Assembly: GCA_007692655.1 (NCBI GenBank) | Contig: REBQ01000240.1 | Location: 10,727-74,726, forward strand | DNA from: Halomonas sp. | Lineage (GTDB): Bacteria; Pseudomonadota; Gammaproteobacteria; Pseudomonadales; Halomonadaceae | Reading direction: 5' to 3' | DNA length: 64,000 bases | Shown: positions 59,458 to 64,000 of the stretch, in pieces | Position numbering within the stretch: the first letter of the stretch is position 1 | Layout: every line of letters starts with the position of its first letter | Notes under the pieces: generated by a model | Database searches by the model: none | Told to the model about the DNA's origin: nothing | Seen by the model: only the letters and a program-made list of their open reading frames with translations | Position numbers and translations under genes: made by a program

Positions 59458-60449
59458 AGCGTGGCTCCCTCGGTGATGGTGTCGTCAAGACGCCGTATCC
59501 GGGTGTGTTGTTGGAGTGAGTCGAAATCTACGGCATGGGGGTCACCCACGCCCACATGGCGTACCGCTTCGGCAGACAGTGCAGTAGCGAAGCGCAAGAT
59601 TTGTTCAGCATTGTGCTGACCGCTGTGTTGGCCGTCCTGCTGGTTAAGCAGGCCGTGGAGCATGCCGGCGACGAAAGTATCCCCAGCGCAAACGGTATTG
59701 CTGGCAATCACCTTAGGAGGGGTCGCGTGCCAGATGCCTTCGGCGCTAACCCACAATACGCCGTCGGCCCCTGCTGAAATTAACGCGTGCTCGACACCAC
59801 TATTGTGTAGCCGCTTTGCGGCATTCAAGCGCGCTTCAGCGGAGTTGAGCGCTTCGCCTGCCCATTCGGCAAGCTCGGTTTCATTGGGCTTGACCGCTGC
59901 AGGGCGAAGAGTAATCGCTGTTGCTAGCGCTGGTCCGCTGGTGTCTACCCAGAGTGGTACGCCGCTGGCGTTCAAATGGTTGAGAAGAGTGGCAAAGTCA
60001 TCCAAAGTTAAGCCCGGAGGCAGGCTGCCTGCGACTAAGACCGCCTGGGGTGGGGTGGCACTTGTCAGCAGGTCATCAACCCTGGCGATTAAAGCGTGTA
60101 GATGAGCTTCTTCAATTGGAAGACCGGGGCCATTAATATCGGTAACGCGGCCACTCTGTTCGGCGAGCTTGGCGTTAATGCGGGTTTCTCCAGGCACGCG
60201 CACAAAGGCGTCGGTCAGCGAATACTTGGCAAATGCCAACTGATAAGGCGCATCGTTGTCTGCACCTAAAAACCCACTAACGATCACTTCATGACCCAGG
60301 CCCGCCAATACGCGGGCAACGTTAACGCCTTTACCCGCCGCTTCAAGCTGCGCACTGGTGGGGCGGTTAACGCTGCCTAACACTAATGACTCGAGGTTGA
60401 ACGCCAAGTCCAGCGCTGGGTTGAGCGTAATACACAGCACGCGAGCCAT
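59454..60449 (-). CDS. fruK: 1-phosphofructokinase
   Basis: TLNPALD, GKGVNVA, KPNETEL, NTVCAGDTFVAG. Confidence 0.93.
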   Translation of the reverse strand: MARVLCITLNPALDLAFNLESLVLGSVNRPTSAQLEAAGKGVNVARVLAGLGHEVIVSGFLGADNDAPYQLAFAKYSLTDAFVRVPGETRINAKLAEQSGRVTDINGPGLPIEEAHLHALIARVDDLLTSATPPQAVLVAGSLPPGLTLDDFATLLNHLNASGVPLWVDTSGPALATAITLRPAAVKPNETELAEWAGEALNSAEARLNAAKRLHNSGVEHALISAGADGVLWVSAEGIWHATPPKVIASNTVCAGDTFVAGMLHGLLNQQDGQHSGQHNAEQILRFATALSAEAVRHVGVGDPHAVDFDSLQQHTRIRRLDDTITEGATL

Positions 60450-63343
60450 TAACGAGCCTCCAGCGCATCGCGCACTTCGTCGCTGGTGGCTTTCGAAAGG
60501 GCAAGCTGTGCACTGGTTTGAGCCTCAGCAAGATCAAACTCGCGCAGGCGCGCTTTAACCAGAGGAACTTGCCGCGCGCTGACGGAGAGCTCATCCACCC
60601 CAAGCCCAACTAATACAGGAATGGCGGCGACATCTGAGGCCAGCTCGCCGCAGACACCTACCCATTTTCCTTGAGTGTGGGCTGCCGCTACGGTCATCTG
60701 AATCAAACGCAGTACCGCGGGGTGTAAACCATCGGCTTGGGCTGATAGCTCCGGGTGACCACGGTCGATGGCTAGGGTGTACTGGGTTAAATCGTTAGTC
60801 CCCACCGAGAAGAAGTCCACCTCGGCGGCAAGGCTTGGCGCCAGCAGGGCACTGGAGGGTATTTCTATCATGACGCCCAACTGCACATCGCTGGCGCGTT
60901 GGGAGGAGGGGATGTCACTTAACAGGCGATCATAAATCACTTTGACGGCGCGGAATTCGGCGATGTCTTTTACCATTGGCAGCATAATACGCAACGGTCG
61001 AGAGGTTTGAGCTGAGCCTTCTATCGGCGCGGCTGCCATCAACAGGGCGCGCAGTTGGGTTTCCAATACCTCAGGTTGTGTGAGCGCCAAACGAATACCG
61101 CGCAGCCCTAAGAAGGGGTTGTCTTCCTGGGGTACTGGCCAATAGGGCAGTGGTTTGTCACCGCCTACATCCAAGGTTCGCGCCACCAGCGGACGCCCAT
61201 TAAGGGCATCAATTGCTTGGCGGTATTCACCAATTTGCGTCGCTAAGTCGGGAGCGCTGGCATGGGCCATAAATAGGAATTCAGTACGCAGCAGGCCAAC
61301 GCCTTCGGCGCCGCGCTCTACCGCATCGGCAGCATGGGCAGTGTTGCCAAGGTTGGCGGCGACTTCGACACGATGCCCGTCGCGGGTTTGGGCGATTTCA
61401 AAACGGCTCTCCCAGGCAGCAGCTTCGCGCTGCTGCAGCTCATGAAGCTGTTTCTCCGCGCGCTGTAAACGCTCCTCAGAGGGGTGCGGTGTGACACGGC
61501 CGCGCTCACCATCCAAAATCATCATGCAGGCATTGGCGAGCGTCATCACCGCTTGGCCAGCGCCGACCACGGCTGGAATGCCCAGTGCACGGGCAAGAAT
61601 AGCGCTGTGGGCGGTGGCTCCACCGCGCACGGTAAGCAGACCACGAACCCGAGAGGTATCCAGACGAGCAACGTCAGAAGGGCCTATGTCATCCATTACG
61701 AGAATATAAGGATGATCTGGCGGCTCGGGGAGGCTGACATCACACAGCACGCCAAGCACACGGCGGCCAACGTCGCGTAGATCGGCGGCGCGTTCGGCAA
61801 GTAGTCGGTCGGCAAGCATTTCCTGGGCGTGGGCTGCGGTTTCAATCGCTTCCCACCAGCCGGCCTCTGCCGAGCGTCCTTCGTGAATGGCATCGGTAGC
61901 GGCGTGATAGAGTTCAGGGTCGTCGAGCATTTCTTCATGCATCGAGAGAATATCGGCGACCTCGCCACCGGGAGCATTGCGAACAAGCGCTTGCAGCTGC
62001 GTACGGCCCTCTTCCAATGCTTCACACAGGCGACTGACTTCATGCGCCGGGTCACTAGCGTGATCGGCATAATCAAACTGCATTGGGCGAATGACAAACA
62101 CTGGCGCAATGGCCAAGCCGGGAGAAGCGGCAACTCCAGCGTGGGGCGAATCAGCCATGAGCGGCTCGACAACCGGTTTGTTCGAGCTGCTCACCGGTGT
62201 GGCTTCAAAGCCACCGTCGAAGGGCGTGACTTTCTCACCTAGGCCTGCCTCAATCGCTTCAGCTACGCGATCAAGGGCTTGATCTGCCTGATCGCCTTCC
62301 GCTGAGAGCACCAGCCATTGGCCGCGCCGTGCACCTAAACCGATGACTTTGGTCAGGCTGGCTGCAGAAACCGGGGTGGCACTGCCTTCTTCTAAACGAA
62401 CATTAATCGGCAGTGACTGGGCACGGGCCACCTGCACAAGCTGTTTAGCAGGCCGGGCATGAAGGCCGTGTGGGTTGAGCACGCGCACACGGCGGGTGTT
62501 TATGTTAGCGGTTTCACCAGCCAACAGTGCCAGGAGTTGAGCGCTGCTACGGGTGAGGAGGGTGTCGCTGGCGCCGCTCTCCAGTAGCGCTAAAAGCTGT
62601 TCTAACAGTGGCCGATGGGCATCGCCATGGGCCGCTAAGCAGAACAGCGCATGCACCGGGTGACCGTCGCTTTCCAGTGTTTGGTCAGCAGGCGTTGCAA
62701 CACCCAGCGCTGGCTGGTTAACCCCTTGTGAACTGCTCGCCAGCCAAAGCCCTTTGCCTAGCCATGTGGGCTGTACGGTTGCCACGGCGGTAATAAAGGT
62801 ATTATCCACGCAGCCGCTTTGGCGCAGGCGCGCGGCGGCGGCCAGGGTTAGCTCCTGAGGGTCGCGGGCAGGGAAGTTGACACATAGGGTGTCGGCATTT
62901 AAACGCGGCTCAAGGGCTGGCTTGGAAAGCAGACGTGCAACCTCGTCCGCAGAGGTGGCGTTGGCCAACTGTTCAGAAACGCCCTCGCGATCTAGTACGT
63001 GAGTGAGTTGGCGCAGAATATCCAGATGTTCGTCATTTTGTGCAGCAATAGTGACTAATACATGAACCCGTTGACCGTCGTGCCACTCAACCCCTTCAGG
63101 AAACTGCAATACCCGTACGCCGGTGTGCTTCACGTGTTGGCGGCTTTCTTGGGTACCGTGGGGTATGGCAATGGCGTTGCCTAGAAACGTTGACGATTGC
63201 GCTTCACGGGCATGTAGGCCGTTGCGGTACTCAGCCTCAACTAATCCGGCGTCTTCCAGCGCTGCTGCGGCGCTGTCTAACGCGGTCTGCCAGCTCTCTG
63301 CATGGCGACCTAACAAAATATCATCGGGGCCGAGTGTTAACAT
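60449..63343 (-). CDS. fruB: Multiphosphoryl transfer protein (EIIA - EIIA-like - HPr - EI)
   Basis: IAIPHG, GLHARPA, TAHSAILAR, GLLRTEFL, RTLDVGGDK, SVGTNDL. Confidence 0.95.
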   Translation of the reverse strand: MLTLGPDDILLGRHAESWQTALDSAAAALEDAGLVEAEYRNGLHAREAQSSTFLGNAIAIPHGTQESRQHVKHTGVRVLQFPEGVEWHDGQRVHVLVTIAAQNDEHLDILRQLTHVLDREGVSEQLANATSADEVARLLSKPALEPRLNADTLCVNFPARDPQELTLAAAARLRQSGCVDNTFITAVATVQPTWLGKGLWLASSSQGVNQPALGVATPADQTLESDGHPVHALFCLAAHGDAHRPLLEQLLALLESGASDTLLTRSSAQLLALLAGETANINTRRVRVLNPHGLHARPAKQLVQVARAQSLPINVRLEEGSATPVSAASLTKVIGLGARRGQWLVLSAEGDQADQALDRVAEAIEAGLGEKVTPFDGGFEATPVSSSNKPVVEPLMADSPHAGVAASPGLAIAPVFVIRPMQFDYADHASDPAHEVSRLCEALEEGRTQLQALVRNAPGGEVADILSMHEEMLDDPELYHAATDAIHEGRSAEAGWWEAIETAAHAQEMLADRLLAERAADLRDVGRRVLGVLCDVSLPEPPDHPYILVMDDIGPSDVARLDTSRVRGLLTVRGGATAHSAILARALGIPAVVGAGQAVMTLANACMMILDGERGRVTPHPSEERLQRAEKQLHELQQREAAAWESRFEIAQTRDGHRVEVAANLGNTAHAADAVERGAEGVGLLRTEFLFMAHASAPDLATQIGEYRQAIDALNGRPLVARTLDVGGDKPLPYWPVPQEDNPFLGLRGIRLALTQPEVLETQLRALLMAAAPIEGSAQTSRPLRIMLPMVKDIAEFRAVKVIYDRLLSDIPSSQRASDVQLGVMIEIPSSALLAPSLAAEVDFFSVGTNDLTQYTLAIDRGHPELSAQADGLHPAVLRLIQMTVAAAHTQGKWVGVCGELASDVAAIPVLVGLGVDELSVSARQVPLVKARLREFDLAEAQTSAQLALSKATSDEVRDALEAR

Positions 63344-63380
63344 AGTGCTCTCCTGTAAAGGCGTTCAGGTAACGTTCATC

Positions 63381-63440
63381 ATGGCGATCCAAAATGACTA
63401 TCCAGACCACAATGGCGATCCAACCCATAATGGCGATCCA
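63381..63440. repeat. Direct repeats of ATGGCGATCCA with mainly 18-bp period
   Basis: Copies at 63381, 63412 and 63430, plus degenerate ATGACTATCCA at 63394. Confidence 0.75.
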
Positions 63441-63538
63441 GCAGTGGCCTAAACTGATTGCCGAAAGGGCCTACATCTATAGTTGTAGATGCTTTGAGGC
63501 TGGCTGGATGAATCGTGTCACCTGTGTATAGTGGCTAT

Positions 63539-63552
63539 GCTGAATCGATTCA
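63539..63552. promoter_or_regulatory. Cra (FruR) operator
   Basis: GCTGAATCGATTCA fits the Cra consensus; a weaker TGAATCGTGTCA lies at 63509-63520. Confidence 0.85.
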
Positions 63553-63642
63553 CTTTATGACACAAGTGCTGCGTGTTTAGACTTTGGTCTGATGAGCGCA
63601 AACTTGCTGCTAAACTGCTTGGCTAAACAGAGAGGAACCCGC

Positions 63643-64000
63643 ATGACACTTGCTGATATTGCTAGACTAGCTGGCGTTTCGCGCACCACAGCGAGTTACG
63701 TCATTAATGGCCAGGCCGAGCAGCGGCGTATCAGCACCGCGACGATTGAAAAAGTGATGGCGGTAGTGCGCCAACACCGCTACCACATTGACCCACAGGC
63801 GGCAGCGCTTCGCCGGGGTGCCAGTCGGCTGCTGGGCTTAATCGTGCCGGACTTGGAAAACATCAGCTATGCTCGGCTTGCTAAACGCTTGGAGCGCGGC
63901 GCGCGTGAGCAAGGTTATCAGCTATTAATAGTTAGTTCTGATGACTGTGCAGAAAGCGAACGAACGCTCGCTTTAGCGCTACGCGCCCAACGCTGCGAGG
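63643..64000 (+). CDS. cra: Catabolite repressor/activator Cra, N-terminal part truncated by the window edge
   Basis: Not in the ORF track. Translates as [38 protein letters not shown]...[16 protein letters not shown]; divergent from fruB. Confidence 0.92.
   Translation, partial: MTLADIARLAGVSRTTASYVINGQAEQRRISTATIEKVMAVVRQHRYHIDPQAAALRRGASRLLGLIVPDLENISYARLAKRLERGAREQGYQLLIVSSDDCAESERTLALALRAQRCE

Noticed and set aside
57721-63343. Duplicated EIIB in FruA and extra EIIA-like domain in FruB
   Set aside because: This architecture is already known for fructose PTS proteins in Pseudomonas-like bacteria.
63381-63452. Micro-ORF MAIQNDYPDHNGDPTHNGDPAVA
   Set aside because: It has no RBS, and the peptide repeat simply reflects the DNA repeat.

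Overview
A 64 kb chromosomal segment with Halomonadaceae-like (Halomonas/Vreelandella) gene content and order; the taxon is inferred, not proven. It contains: an acyl-CoA ligase/thiolase cluster with an AraC regulator; uup-uspA-slyA-fadBA; an HDAC-family deacetylase; a suf operon with an Rrf2 regulator; rimK; ompW; an AraC-putP-putA proline module; nadK to DUF2797; an accessory caa3-type oxidase cluster with a Cu-ATPase; a LuxR-family regulator followed by tyrS; a PA0069-type radical SAM gene opposite a DinB-family gene; pgi; and the fructose PTS operon with cra. I saw no tRNA, rRNA, IS element, integrase or CRISPR array. The strongest unexplained signal is a pair of candidate small RNAs (about 36363-36458 and 40736-40794). 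Each has a sigmaE/AlgU-type promoter and a strong terminator, and both carry the same 13-nt sequence TGATCCCTTGCTT, which is complementary to two ribosome-binding sites in this window. Other leads are: an A-type oxidase with an intact O2-reducing site but substituted K- and D-channel residues; a regulator-linked E. coli-type tyrS with a palindromic operator; an intergenic DnaA-box cluster; a long structured putP leader; and recurrent 13-19 bp intergenic tandem repeats.
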